DNA of 64,000 nucleotides from Schmidtea nova (Eukaryota): NCBI GenBank assembly GCA_044892505.1, contig CM097882.1, positions 513,918,001 to 513,982,000 of the forward strand, read 5' to 3'. Shown piece by piece: positions 12,108 to 25,935 of this stretch (position 1 is its first letter; each line of letters starts with the position of its first letter). The notes under the pieces were generated by a model. It saw only the letters and a program-made list of their open reading frames with translations, ran no database searches and was not told where the DNA came from. The position numbers and the translations under genes were made by a program.

Positions 12108-15100
12108 ATGCGACACTTAACCCAATTTAATGAAAATAAAAAGAAGCTTTTTAAAAGAAAAGCTCCAATTATTATATATAATAATAATAAAATATGTCGG
12201 CGTTTAGAAAATAATGTCAACGTTTATTTGGATCAAATCAACGTTTGTGAAGAAACAAATCAACAAGGACAACAACAACAACAACAACAAGTATTGATTC
12301 AAGAAACAAATGATGTTGCCGATTCCAAACAACATTCTGAAGAGGCGATTCGAGAAATGGAGGATATGGGACACCAAGGAGAAGAATTTCACCAACAACA
12401 AGATTATATTTTAATCACCGATTCCGAAGAAGTTGGAGAAGATGGACAACAAGAAGAAGAAGAGGAAGATGTTGGAAATCAAGAGGAACCAATTCTAGAA
12501 GATTGGCTAAACTTTGAATTAGTGGAGGAGATAACAGATTTTTATACCGAAAGTGAATCTACAGAGTATGCAGTTAGCTACTCTTTAATGGATGAAACAT
12601 TTATTCAAACTGGAACAGGAATAGATAAGGAACCCGAAATTGAATGTGACCTATATAGATCATATCAAATTATTTCCTTGGACATTTCAGGATATAATGT
12701 ACAAGAAATAATTCCAGTTTCTTTAAAAACAAAACTAAAAATTTGGCTATCCGAATTTAAAAAAGGTAAGGTACAATTTGGTATAAACGCAGAATTTGTT
12801 AAAGATGGAGAGATCAGGACTTCAAGACTCTCAAATCGAGCTGTGGAGATGTCACCAAACTTTCTGGAGGAGGGTATACAATCCATAAATGAAAAAATAA
12901 CAATAGGAACTACGATGGGAAGTAGTTGGCATTTGAACCGTATATTGGAAATCAATTTCAAAGTAACAAAGTATGCAGAGATCAGTAGATTGTCAGGACA
13001 TAGATTTATTAATACTCCAATAAATCTCAAAGGCAAACTGATCAATGTAAGGAATAATGATAACCTATGTTTTATTTATAGTGTTTTATCCTTATTAAAA
13101 TATGATGTAATAAACAGCAACAGAAATAGACCGTCACAATATACACAATACTTATCAGAACTAAAGTTCGATAGGGAAAAAGTGCCTACAAAACTGAAAG
13201 ATATTCGGAAATTTGAAGCCCAAAATCCCGGGATAGCTATTAACGTATTATCGTACGAGGCAGATAATTTCTCGGTGGAAGATGATGTGGTTATGAAACA
13301 TCCACATTTAGATATTATTCATAAAACAAAAGTAAAAGATATTAACCCAATATATTTGCTTTTGTCGGAAGAAAATGGAAATTATCACTACACAGCTGTT
13401 CCAAATCTAAATAGGCTGATGAATTCTCATGAAAACGAAGATTGTCCGACGAGAATTCAATGCAAATGGTGCCCTAATTGTCTTAACGGTTTTCGAAGAC
13501 CATTAGCATTTGACAGACATGTAGATTTATGTAACAAAATCAAATAGGAACCACATTATATATAACTCCTACAAACAAATATTTATTGGACATGACTGTG
13601 TCTTTGAGTTTCTTAAGAAAGTGGAGGAAATTTCACAGACTAAAGTATTACAATATTACGTGGAACATAGTAATACACCAATGGTTATTAATCGTGATCA
13701 ACAGATTGCATTTAATAGAGCAGCTTCCTTTTACATGTCACAAAACCACTAATAATTTGGTTCGAGATCACGACCATTTTAGTGGAAAGTACTTAGGAGC
13801 AGCTTGCAATAGATGCAATCTTTCACGAACAATTAGAAGAACCCTACCAGTTGTATTTCATAACCTCAAGGGTTATGATATGCATCATATTTTAAAATAC
13901 GGAATAAATAAATTTCGTAATTGGAGCATAAGTTGTATTCCTACAACATGTGAGAAATTTCTCACACTTATTGTTCATTACAAGAAAATGACAATAAAAT
14001 TCATAGATTCATACCAGTTTATAAATGAACCTTTAGCTGGAGCAGTGAAGACTTTGACAAGCTTACCCATAACAAATTCGGTATTCCAAGCATCAATTGT
14101 AGACTCAAAAGGTATATTTCCATTTGACTTCGCAGAGTTTGGAAATTCTTCAAGAAACTTTTGAATTGCCTCCAATATGGACTGCAGTGACTGAAGACGA
14201 ATATGAAAAAGCAAAGAATATATGGAGAGAATAGCTGCGAGACATTGTTGGATTACATTATGATATACATGAAGTTAGACGTATATCTGTTGGCATACTA
14301 TTTTGAACAATTTCGAGCCAAATCATTAGCACATAATGGTTTGGAACCTTTGAATTTCTTTGGGATACCAGGAATGTCTTGGGCTTTTGGACTTTTGACA
14401 CTGGATGGTCCTATTGAATGGTTGATGGATAATGAAATGTAAAATTATTATGAAGGTGGAATTAGAGGGGGACTTACATTTGTCAACAAACATCATGTGA
14501 AAACTGATGAAAATACTGAGTTGCTTTATATAGACATAATTAATATATATGGTTGGGCACTCAGTCAAATTCTTCCATGCGGAGAATTCAAATGGGTTCA
14601 TGACAATATAGATAAAGTCTTGGAAGATTGTCAAACATTGGAGCTGGAAAAACTCAATTAAGATGTACAATGGAGGCGGATTTGGAAATTCCTGATGAGA
14701 TTCACGATGTAATAGATGATTTGCCTGCAGCAGCTGAGAAAATGTGCCCCTCCGAATCAAAGGTTCCTAAACTTTTATTGACACATTATTCAAAGAAGAA
14801 TTATGTGATTCATTGGAGATTATTGAAGTTATTCCTGATGTTGAGTGTTCAAGTAACAAAGGTCCATAGAGCAATGAAATTCAAACAAGGACAAATATTT
14901 AAAAATTATATCGACAACAATACAAAATTACGAGCTGCTTCCTTGACAGAATTAGATAAAGATTATTATAAGCTATTAAACAATAGCTTCTACGATAAAA
15001 CAGTAGAAAATTCGAAGAAACGAATGAATTTACGCCTATGTAATGCCCAGAAGAAAATGGTGACATATGCATCTAAACCTGGGTTCAAGAAAAGCTTCAA

Positions 15101-15240
15101 AATTGCTGACAACCTAATAGCTGCTCTGTTGAATCAGGAAATTGTATGTTTGGATAGACCAACATATATTGGTCAAACAATCTTGGATTTATCCAAACTA
15201 AGAATGTATCAACTGCAATATAATGATTTGCAAGTTTGAA
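12108..15240 (+). pseudogene. polB: Divergent pPolB copy, several frameshifts, ends before the DTDS motif
   Basis: Acidic/polyQ N-terminus; MGSSWHLNRI, NDNLCFIYSVL, DHDHFSGKYLGAACNRCN, FHNLKGYD, GGIRGGLTFVNKHH, LLYIDINNIYGWAL, KLLNNSFYDK. Confidence 0.9.
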
Positions 15241-15994
15241 ATGGCTTCTTCCAACATTTTATGTACAAATATTTACCTTCTCTATATATTACTGCATTTG
15301 TATGTTCATGATTTCTCATTTCAATTTGATCATTAAGAATTTTTACTTTAATATCTTCTGATATCATCTGTTTTTGAATATATTCTATCTTACATTTGCT
15401 GTAAAACGGAAAAAGATTATACACAAATGTAAAGTCCAACAACGCTACCTCCTAATTACCTTTCAAATAGATTGGATTTTGAAGTTCAATAATAAAGTTA
15501 CTGGCTTCATTATTTGGATGAATTAATGGGCAACTATTACTCGGTAAAATCATAAAGAAATCACTTTAATTCATTGTAACTGAGATTCTGATATCCAAGT
15601 AGGGTTTTGATAACCATGCCATTTGACGTGATATTGTTTATGTTTCCCTTTTCCTTTAGTCTTTAGAATCTTTTCTATTCTAAATACTGTATGAAAAAGT
15701 TTCCAAAACAAAAAATGTGCAGCTTATTGTGATCTACCCTGCAACGTTGAGAAAATTAAAAAAATTTTATTCTCACTGCAAAAATGTGAAAAATTAAAAA
15801 AATCAATAATATGTGACTTGGGCGCTTCCAATGAAAAATTTTCAGACATAGAAATGTGCAGTACATTGTGCTCTACCATATTGCGTTGAGAAAATTTGAA
15901 AAAATCGATTTGCTCTGCAAAAATGTGAAAAAGCGAAAAATTAAAACAAAGAAATTACCCCCGGGGGGTTTATTATTTTGTTTTAATCGGCGGT

Positions 15995-16038
15995 GCGCGA
16001 TAACTCATCATGTGTTGGGTGATTCACATCCCCCTACT
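15995..16038 (+). repeat. Right terminus of a Polinton-like element (...CCCCTACT-3')
   Basis: Reverse complement reads AGTAGG-N24-ATGAGTTATCGCGC, matching 47920 and 53776. Confidence 0.75.
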
Positions 16039-16652
16039 TGCATACAACAAAGAAATGACACAACAAAGACATACATAACATGTGCAATACGAATGAATGA
16101 TTCTGATTAGAAAAAAGACATACAGTCATCACTATAAATACAAAGACATTTTTAAGATATTGTCACAATTTATAAATTGCAATCACATAAACAAAATTAT
16201 GTTATCAGTAAAGAAAGAATATTCAAAATCGAAAACCAGTCCAGATGTTTTACGATTACAGGATTTATTTTTTGGTTCAAGAAATACCGATTCATTTGTC
16301 TTTTCCTGTGAAATTAACAAAGCCATTGTATGACAGTGTAGCTGCAATTATTGATATTGCATTAAATAATGTTTTGTTCAAAATATATATATCGGTTTAA
16401 GTTGTAAAATAACGATTTAGATCAACAACAGAAAAACTCGTTTCTATGATGATTTTCAATCTGTCGATTACAAGGATCAAGAACACTGGTTCATTACGAT
16501 AATTATTCAAGGATATAAGATCGATAAAAAGGAAGTCATTACTCCAATTTGAAGAATTGACAATGCACGATATGCATAAATGATTTATATAAATGTTATT
16601 TAATAAATTTTAGTATTATCAATTTTAGATTTTAGTATTTGTTTAAAATAAA

Positions 16653-16859
16653 ATGAAACTAATCATCATCATATTATTATGTGTGAACACTATTGGAGAA
16701 CAAGCTTTGACAACTTGCCAATCAACCCATCGGTTTAGAAGAGAAGATAGCACTTGTGCGAGTTACAATGAAATATGTGTTAACTTAAACATTGAATGCA
16801 ACCAAATACTATTACAATGTGATCAGTGTCCTTCAAAACATGATTTGATTAAGAATTAA
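16653..16859 (+). CDS. Small putative secreted Cys-rich protein (68 aa)
   Basis: Hydrophobic N-terminus MKLIIIILLCVNTIG followed by six Cys; no family recognised. Confidence 0.35.
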   Translation: MKLIIIILLCVNTIGEQALTTCQSTHRFRREDSTCASYNEICVNLNIECNQILLQCDQCPSKHDLIKN

Positions 16860-17073
16860 TTGAATAAATTATTACCAAAATCAATGAAAGATTCAAATGT
16901 CCGAATCTAACATTTATTAAAAACAATATGAACAAGTCACATGTCAAAATCAAGGCTTGTCTAATATTCCTAAGAATAATCCTTCGTACAATATTCTTAT
17001 GAATAATATTCCTACGAATAATTTTCATATGATTAATTTTGAGGCGAAATTATGTACGCGTACCCAACGTTAT

Positions 17074-18670
17074 CACTGACCGACTTTTTGCCGTAGGTGA
17101 AAAATTGGCCAGTTATAGGCTTAACCGATTTTTCGTCTAGACGAAAATAAATAATTTAATTTAATTTGAATTGAATTGATTTTTTTTATTTAATTGATTA
17201 ATTTTAATCCATATCACATTAAATGCCAGAGATTACATTTTATAAGAGCAAGATGGGGAAATAATAGCCTACGATGATTTTGCATAAAATTTTGATTTTG
17301 AAGCCAAAGCTTCAAAAAGCTGGAGATGTTTGGAACGTAAATGTACAGGAACACTGAATACTGATAAAAACAATACAGAAGTCCTGAAAATGACCTTACA
17401 TCTTCATGAGCGTAATGTTAATCTGTTGAATAAGTTGAAATTGAATAAAGAATTAAATAAAAAAGCATTAACCACAAATGAGTCATTTGATGACGCCCTG
17501 TATGAAATAAGTTCAAAAATTCCAGCATCACAGATTGGCAGTTTTGCTAAATATGAGTCACTAAGGGATATATATTCAAAAAGAAAAATTAAATCTCAAG
17601 AGAGGATTAAATTCTATGGCGATCTGCCAGAAATAATAAAATTCACAGTTGATAGAAGAAGATTTTTATTGCATGATACAGGAGTTTTTGATATAAATAG
17701 AATAATTCTTTTTGAATCTGAACAATCTCTTGAAATTTTGGATAATTCTCAAGTATGGTTACGTGATGGAACATTTAGGTCTGTTCCAACTGATTTCTGT
17801 CAACTTTATACCATTCATGCCATATATTTCAAGAAAAGAATTCCTTTAATATATGTTTTAATGAAACATAAAAATGAGGTTTCATACAATAATTTACTTC
17901 AATTTTTATGTAAGAATCTAAAAAAAGCTCCACAGTATTTCATATCGGATTATGAAATGTCTCCAATTAATTCTTCAAAAATAATCTTTCCTGCTGTTGA
18001 ACATTATGGTTGCAATTTTCATTTTGGCCAGAATATCTTGAGTTGGATTCAAAAAAATCATTTGGTTTCTGAGTACAAAACTAGCAATGAATTTAATTAT
18101 ATTATAAGGTGTTTTTTAAGTTAAGCTTATGTACCTTTAGAAAATTTAAATTTTTATATGAGGATTACAAAAAAGAAAATTGAAGAATTTAATTTAACTC
18201 CTAAAACAGACAAATTCAAAAAAATATTTTATATTAAATTACATGAATTTAAATAGTAATTCATTGATTAAAACCCCTGTGTTTTGGTCTGTTAACTTCA
18301 GATTAATCAACAATCTTCCTCTGACAACAAATAGCCTGGAGGCTTGGCATAAGCACGTCAATTCAAAATGCATCATTGCCAATCCCAATATTTACAAATG
18401 TGTCAATTTGTTGCAAAGAATGGAAAGAAATGGAAAATTTAGTCTCAGAACTTTCGGAAAAAATGCTGATATGGCCAATATTTTTAAAAATGAACATTTA
18501 TATAAAGAGGAAGATTTTTTAAATGTTATTGTAACCAAGACTTGTTATAGTTTTATTGATTAAATATTTTGCTTGTCATTAATTACTTTTGTTTTTCAAT
18601 TTATTCTTGCCTTTTTGTATTTTTTTAAATAAAAAAATAATTTAATTTCTCGGCGAAAAATCAGCCTGCC
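17074..18670 (+). mobile_element. MULE (Mutator-like) transposon with decayed transposase at 17223-18563
   Basis: FLYWCH-like SWRCLERKCTG; core WLRDGTF...PLIYVLM...ISDYE...GCNFHFGQ; TTNSLEAWH; weak terminal inverted similarity. Confidence 0.85.
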
Positions 18671-19351
18671 CTTATGAATAATATTCCTACGAATAATTTT
18701 CGTATGATTAATTTTGAGCCAAAATTATGTACGCGTACCCAACGTTATTTATAAATAAATTTTATTATATTTATTCAGTCTTTGCATTTATTATTACTAA
18801 GTTGCATCTGCATTACAAGCCTTGTTTGTCATGATCTTTGAACTGACCATGAAAAGGCATTTTGAATAATAAATTAATATAATAAATTAATAATAAATTG
18901 ATTATTGGTATAACAGACTCATTCGGGTATGATAAATCTATGAAGAAATTATCCAATTTTATTATAACGATTAATAATATTGATTGTACTGACTTCAATA
19001 TGCATAACATTTTCTGGTTATGTATGGAATTTCGACTTGGAAAATATCGTACTCTTATTCGAACTTTCATGTTGAATGTGGATAGTTTAGAGTTAAAGGT
19101 AAACAATAAAATTGGAAGAAACAAAATAGATGTTGCTCACATGTTCAATATTTAATATCTATTTTATATTTACCTTGTGAACATGTCATTATTTGTTCAA
19201 AATGTGTCAAAACTCCGATAAGTATGAATCTTATGGTATAAATATTGATGAATATTATGTGATATATGTGATTTATTTATAATTGGATATTGAATTTGAA
19301 TAATCTATATTCTATATTGTGTAATGTCTGCATGTGTGATTGACTATGTTT

Positions 19352-19445
19352 GAGTGGCTGGATCTTCAGATGATATCACTGTTTCTTATTTCCCAAAAAG
19401 CTATTGATTATCGTGCTGGTGTCGGCAGAACGGGTACAATAAATA
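19352..19445 (+). pseudogene. Possible protein tyrosine phosphatase fragment
   Basis: EWLD...AIDYRAGVGRTGTI resembles the WPD loop and HCSAGVGRTG P-loop, with the catalytic Cys lost and the spacing shortened. Confidence 0.4.
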
Positions 19446-19519
19446 GTATCATAATTTCTTAAATAAAGTTTTTAGAATTTCTCAAGCTATTCTTATTCTT
19501 TACAAGGTGACCACGCTTT

Positions 19520-20455
19520 CAACTCAGGAATTATTACGGATTCTCCCACAGCCGAAAATCTATTTAATTGGAGACGATTTAGAAGAGTTTATTGAGTAGC
19601 TTTAAGCATATTTTTTAATTATTCAGCTAGACAATAGTCAAAGAAAGGTAATTGTTCGAACTTATTTAGATGAAAATTACCTCAACAAATACGACAAAAT
19701 TCCATATGAAAAATATTATGCGAAAAGGCTTAGATTAGCATTCGAAGAAAACCAGGATTTTGCTAAGGATTTGGAAAATTTGCTAAATTATCGAAAAAGA
19801 GAATATAATGCAGAAACTTGCATTAGTAAAATTGAGAAAGGTGTTCTGAAAATTCTGAAGCACAAGCTAACAATGTCAAATTTGACAACATTCTTCCTAA
19901 AGCATTGTCTTGATAATGAAGAAGAAAAACGTGAAATAAAAAGATATGAAATGACGGAAGATTTGCTGAGAGTAAAATTATCGAAAGAAGATTTAGGAAA
20001 TGATCGAGACAGTACAGAAAGATCCAATGGTAAATAAATATATTAAAAGAATTTTACAGAAAATGGATGAAGATAAATCAAGGATACAACAAGTTTCAGC
20101 TGTTGGAAATACCTAAGCATCAATTATGAGAAATGGTCGATATAATAACAATGAAAAAAGAAAAAATTATGGAAATTAGCGAAATTAGCGAAATCCACGT
20201 GATAAGAAAAATGAATTTACAAAATTACAAAGAAATCAATTCCAAGAAGGACGAGCATATTATCAAAGGAATTTCAGTAGAAATTTCAGTGGAAGACATC
20301 AAAATGGAAGGAGTTATCAAAATGAAGTTCAGATCAATATTCAAAAGTACAATGTTACGCATGCCGTGAAATTGGTCATATTCTTCGGGAAGACCCAATT
20401 ATTTGATGTTCGTGTTGTGGTAAAGCAGGTCATTTAATTTTGCCATGTTTTCAGA
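19520..20455 (+). pseudogene. LTR-retrotransposon gag remnant with two CCHC knuckles
   Basis: LPQPKIYLIGDDLEEFI...; CYACREIGHILRE at 20353 and CSCCGKAGHLILPC at about 20407; multiple stops. Confidence 0.7.
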
Positions 20456-20497
20456 AACAAAATCACTACTAAATGAGATTTTAAAGAACTTCGAATC

Positions 20498-20640
20498 AAA
20501 TTTTGTTTTTAGTGTGGAATCGAATTAACTTTCCAGTTAGATATAACTTGACCACGTGATAGAACTAAATTATCTCAAGTTCATATTTCATTTGATTCTG
20601 TTGAAGATGTCTCCAGCCTCCTTTAACAAAGGTCTCGTCA
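20498..20640 (+). pseudogene. Partial RING-finger remnant, paralog of 27721
   Basis: FCF*CGIELTFQLDIT*PRDRTKLSQVH; DNA similarity to 27800-27935. Confidence 0.55.
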
Positions 20641-22059
20641 GAAAAGCCTTCCAAGAAGGAGAACAAACTCCTGGAAAAAGTATCAAAAACTTTTGAAAAG
20701 CTGACTTCCGCAGAAAAGTCATCACTCAAGAAAAGTCAAGAACCTGTTGTGAGGTTACAAGACTTGAAAATTAGAAAGAAGATAACAGAGACGATTTCAC
20801 CAGTAGAGATTTAATCGAAACAGCTTTCATACCATCAGACTCAGAATTGCAAGGGACTTCAGAGATGTCAAAGAGATGAGAAGAGCCTATCATAGAAACG
20901 GAAGGTGATTTTGTAGGAACAGGAAATTCGGCAGACACCCCAGGATTTAGATAACGAGGACCCTAGTTTTGGCAGAGACCAGGGAGAAATTCGGTACCTC
21001 GGATAAAACAATACGACAGAAAGCCATTGAATCAACCTTCAATTTCAAATTTTCGATATTACAATGTAATAGAAACCATTGGGAAATCATATGTCGAAAC
21101 GCGCGAAACACTTGTGGTCAGTTATAGACCAGATATAGTCGAAAACAGAATCAAGAATGAGAGAGCGCATATTCGACAACGATCTGCTAACAGCATATTT
21201 GCGAAGGATAACTAGCATTTCTGCTATGTTCAATCCAAAGTCTAGCAATAAGCTATGATGATCTCAATCCAAGCAACTAGTATTTCGGCTGTTTCACAAG
21301 TTAAACTACTCATAGATAGTTATCATCTGACATTGATTTTGATTGATATTCAAATTGTATATTGTGTTTAATTGAACCTGTTTTATTTTATGATAATTGA
21401 ACAGGTGCATTTTATGTATATAATTTTATTTTTAGTTTTATTTGCTGCAAAATATGTCTTGTCTTTTCCGCTTTAATTTTCGGGACAAAAATCTTGTTAG
21501 GGGGAAGACGTGTTAGGGTTCGAGATCGTAGGATCTCGTTTTTATAGAATTTTTGTAGATTTTTATAGATAATTAATAAATATAATATTAAATAATTACT
21601 ATAAATAGAATATAGAAATAATTGTTATAAATAGAATATAGAATTAATTAAATACTATTAATAGAAAATTAAATAAATAGTTATAAATAGTAATATTAAA
21701 TAATGATTCTAGTAATAATATTAACAATAAAATGGTTAATAGTATATAAAAATTACTAATAATAATAGTTTTGAATTTTTGCGTGGCTGTGTATTTATTT
21801 CTATCTTACTCAGGATAAATTAATAACTTAGCAGAGGTATCTTTCATAGGAAAAGTAACAACTAATTCTGGGTTGTTACTATCGCGCAAAATCCAGGGCT
21901 ACCTACAATATTATTACCTTACTCTTAGTCGGAGCTGATGAGCCATTTAGGCCCAGCTTTTGTTTCTTTATTTATAAGGACCGAATAAAACCGATTTCTA
22001 ACTTAGACAAATCTTTGCAGTAATTGGGCTATTGAAATATATCTTTTAATTGTAAATTT

Positions 22060-22060
<1 letters not shown>

Positions 22061-22138
<78 letters not shown>
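22061..22138. repeat. (TA)n microsatellite
   Basis: Long AT dinucleotide run. Confidence 0.95.
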
Positions 22139-22141
<3 letters not shown>

Positions 22142-22146
22142 TATAT

Positions 22147-23380
22147 TGTTGGGCAAAAACTGCAAATTGTTTAATTAAAGCAGTAACCCCATAAGTAGAG
22201 AACGCGCAAGATTCAATTTTAACCCAAGCATTCATTGAAAACCAAAATGATTATGAGAAAAACGTCAAAAAGGTGAAGTGGACTCAAGCACAGTAACCAG
22301 TAGAGTATGCGCTAGCTGTGAATTTGCAAGTTCCTACACTGAAATCTCAAGAAAAATTAAATATCATCAAAAGAAGAACGTTTGAAAGTTAGAATAAGCG
22401 GAAAACCCATTGAAAATGCCCACAAAAAACAGAATTTTGTCGTAAACCTTCAGTGCAGAAAAATAAATACAATTTTAGAAGAGAATTGTGATCTTATCAC
22501 AAAATTTCACATTTAACAATAGAAAGAATTAATATTGATCGAAATATCATAAATTAAATCAAATCGAACAAATTTCGATTTAAAAATAAAGATTTTGAAT
22601 TAAAATAAATTATTTATGGTTTAATAAAAATTATTATATAAAAATATGGATTTAATTTTCGGAAAATCATTAGAATTAATTTAGGAAAAAGAAAATTCTA
22701 GAACAATTTGTTTTATTGCACTAGTGAAGATAGCGAAAAATTGATGGTATATATACCGCCATCAAAATGGAACTTCTCAGAATTTGTGAAAAAAAAATTT
22801 TTGTTGCATTAAAGAATTTAAAGAATTTTTGTACAATTTTCAGAGAGAATTTGTGAGAATTTTGTCAATTTAAGAATTTGAGAAAATTTTTGGGAACTCT
22901 TAAGAATTTTAGTGGACAATCAGAATTTGGCAGAATTTAAATTTCGTGAAGAAAGCTCTTTGAAACAGAGGTTAAATCGTGAATTATTAAAGGTTTTTGG
23001 CCGAATATTTTTTGAAGACACTGATTCCCGGAATACGAACCTTTTAGTAAAGAAAAATTTCCCGGAGTTTGGAATGTAAGGGTTATTTTATTTTATTTTT
23101 TTTAAGCTTGTTCGAGGGGTATGGGATCGTCGATCATCATGCCTGACGATCATCCCATTCCTCGCGTTCTTATTACTTCATAATATATTTATTATTATTT
23201 TATTTAATGTTGACATTTTGATGTAATATTATTTAAATAGTGAACTCATTTTTTATTCGGTTTATTTTTGAATTTTCTAGATGTTATGATTCACAAATTC
23301 CCAAAATACTTAAAAATATCATACAAAATTATCTAAATTAAATTACGAAAATTAAATTTTTTTTTCCCATATCTTCTGAC
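22147..23380 (+). repeat. ~1.2-kb non-coding dispersed repeat, copy 1 (possibly LTR-derived)
   Basis: Starts TGTTGGGC; colinear diverged copy at 24378-25640. Confidence 0.8.
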
Positions 23381-24377
23381 GATCCGTCTAGCCTTGCGTT
23401 GTGCGGATCTGTTAGTAGCCTGGGTGGATCGTTGTCTGATTGGTAATCGGCCAGCCTATATTTCCACTTTAAGGTGAGGCTTATACATCCATAATCACGT
23501 CATCCCAACTGGGGAATCGTGGTATGGCCAAGAGCAAGGATTTGTTATATTAATGATCTTTATTATCATATAGTAGAATATTCTTATTACATTTACATAA
23601 GCAATTCGTAACATAACATTGATTTGTCCAGCTCATGTCTTAAAATTTAGAATAGGAAATATTACTGAATAAAATCGACTCGCACTCTCCTTCGCCTTTA
23701 CACTCACAACAACCGTCATTTTATCCGAAAATGCAAGTAAAATGGAAGCTAATATTGAAGAGAATCGTTCGAAATAATGCTCAAAGCTAGTATAATGATC
23801 ACGAAATGAAACGAATTGTGAAAACAAGTATTGATTTGATCTGAATTAAACTCATTATTGTCTAAATAATTTTCTCCAGTGAACCTTGTTTTCAAGAGCC
23901 TGAAGTTCCTAAGTGAAGCGTCCCGAAAAATTCGCGCGCGCTTTGGTTGGGAAACTCATGCTCAACGAAATCAAAATTCACTTTACTCGATATCGAAAAA
24001 TATTCTTTGAAGAATTTATAACTTATTTTAATTTTAATTTTATTCAGTATATAAAATTTGTAGATTGAATTCTTATTTGGATCGAAAAATTTGTGGATAA
24101 AAATTTATTATTCGGATTTCATTTGGATAAAAAATAAAATTTACTTTTATATTGCAAAAAATTTTATAATGAAAAATTGTAAACAAAAAATTTTCCTAAT
24201 ATTGTTATTCTATAAAAGATTTTGTCATTTTATAAAATTCCAAAGAATTTGTAAATCAAAAATTATATCGAACCCCATAAAAATTATAGATCAGAATATT
24301 ATTATTATATTAAAATTTTTTATCATTTTTTAAAATTCCAAATTCGAGATTTTAGAGAAAAATTTTACGATTAATAT

Positions 24378-25640
24378 TGTTGGGCCAAAACGCAATTTGT
24401 TTTAATAAAGAGATAACCCCATAGGTAGAGAGCGCGCAAGATTCCATTTTTAACCCTAGCATCCATTAAAAATCCAAGAATTAAGTGGAAAACACCAAAA
24501 GGTGAAGTGGAATCAAAACACATCAACCGGTAGAGTACGCGCTAGCTGTAAATTTGTAAGTCTTTTCACTGAAATCTCGAGAAAAATTAAAAGAAGAATG
24601 GTTGAAAGTTAGAATAGGCAAAAAACCCATGGAAAATGCCCATAAAGAACAGAATTTTGTCATAAACCTTCAAGTACAGAAAAATTAACAAAATTTTAGA
24701 AGAAAATTGTGAATTTATCACAAAATTTCACATTTAACAATAGAAAGAATTAATATGGATCGAAATATCATAAATTAAATTAAATCGAACAAATTTCGAT
24801 TCAAACATAAAAATTTTGAATTAAAATAAATTATTTATGGTTTATAAAAAATTATTATATAAAAATATGGATTTAATTTTCGGAAAATCCTTAGAATTAA
24901 TTTAGGAAAAATTAAGAGAAAATTCTAGAACAATTTGTTTTATTGCACTACTGAAGATAGCGAAAAATGGGTGGTATATATACCGCCATCAAAATGGAAC
25001 TTCTAAGAATTTGTGGAAAATTTTTTTTGGGTATTTTGAAATTTAGAACATTAGAAAGGATTTATCCGAATTAGAAAGAATCTTTATTTGAATTAGAAAG
25101 AATTTATCCGAATTAGAAAGAATTTATCCGAATTAGAAAGAATTTATCCGAATTAGAAAGAATCTTTATTTGAATTAGAAAGAATTTATCCGAATTTGAA
25201 AGAATTTATCAGAATTGAATTTTGTGAAGACTTTTGTAGTATTCAAAATCCTTTTCTGAAATCGAGATTTTCCAAATTTGCAGAAAAGAAAAAGCCGAAT
25301 TTTAATTAACCATTTGGACCGAAATTAGAACTTTCCGAAGACTAGAAACGTAAGGGTTAATTTGATTGATTGTTATTATTATTTTTATTGGGATTGGAAT
25401 GGTCGTTATCATGCCTAACGATCCTTCCATTCCTCGCCTCTTATTATTTAATATGTTATCTATTATTTTTTAATCTTGTAATTTATTATTAAAATATTTA
25501 ATGATTAGTTTTAGTAATTTTTCTTGTTAATATTATTGATCACAAATTCCCAACATAATCAGAAAAATCTCATTATAAGTAGCAAATTAGATCAAATTAT
25601 GAAAATAAATAAAAAAAATTTTTTGTTCTCCCATATCTCC
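24378..25640 (+). repeat. ~1.2-kb dispersed repeat, copy 2, with an internal 20-bp tandem array
   Basis: Homologous to 22147-23380; about 8 units of ttagaaagaatttatccgaa at 25051-25217. Confidence 0.8.
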
Positions 25641-25935
25641 CATTACACCCTTTTCATTCAATAGCATGGTCGTTATCATGCCTAACGATCCTTCCATTCC
25701 TCGCCTCTTATTATTTAATATGTTATCTATTATTTTTTTAATCTTGTAATTTATTATTAAAATATTTAATGATTAGTTTTAGTAATTTTTCTTATTAATA
25801 TTATTGATCACAAATTCCCAACATAATCAGAAAAATCTCATTATAAGTAGCAAATTAGATCAAATTATGAAAATAAATAAAAAAAATTTTTTTTGTTCTC
25901 CCATATCTCCCATTACACCCTTTTCATTCAATAGC
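25399..25935 (+). repeat. Recent ~268-bp tandem duplication
   Basis: 25399-25665 is repeated almost identically at 25666-25935. Confidence 0.9.

Noticed and set aside
21935-21960. CTGATGA followed by a GCC/GGC stem, like a hammerhead core
   Set aside because: The required GAAA after stem II is absent, and stems I and III cannot be formed.
24454-25356. TTAA|CCCT...AGGG|TTAA as a piggyBac MITE
   Set aside because: Only 4 bp of inverted match, too short for a TIR.
22147-25555. TGTTGGG...CCCAACA as exact solo-LTR boundaries
   Set aside because: Homology between the two copies continues about 80 bp past CCCAACA, and no TSD was found.
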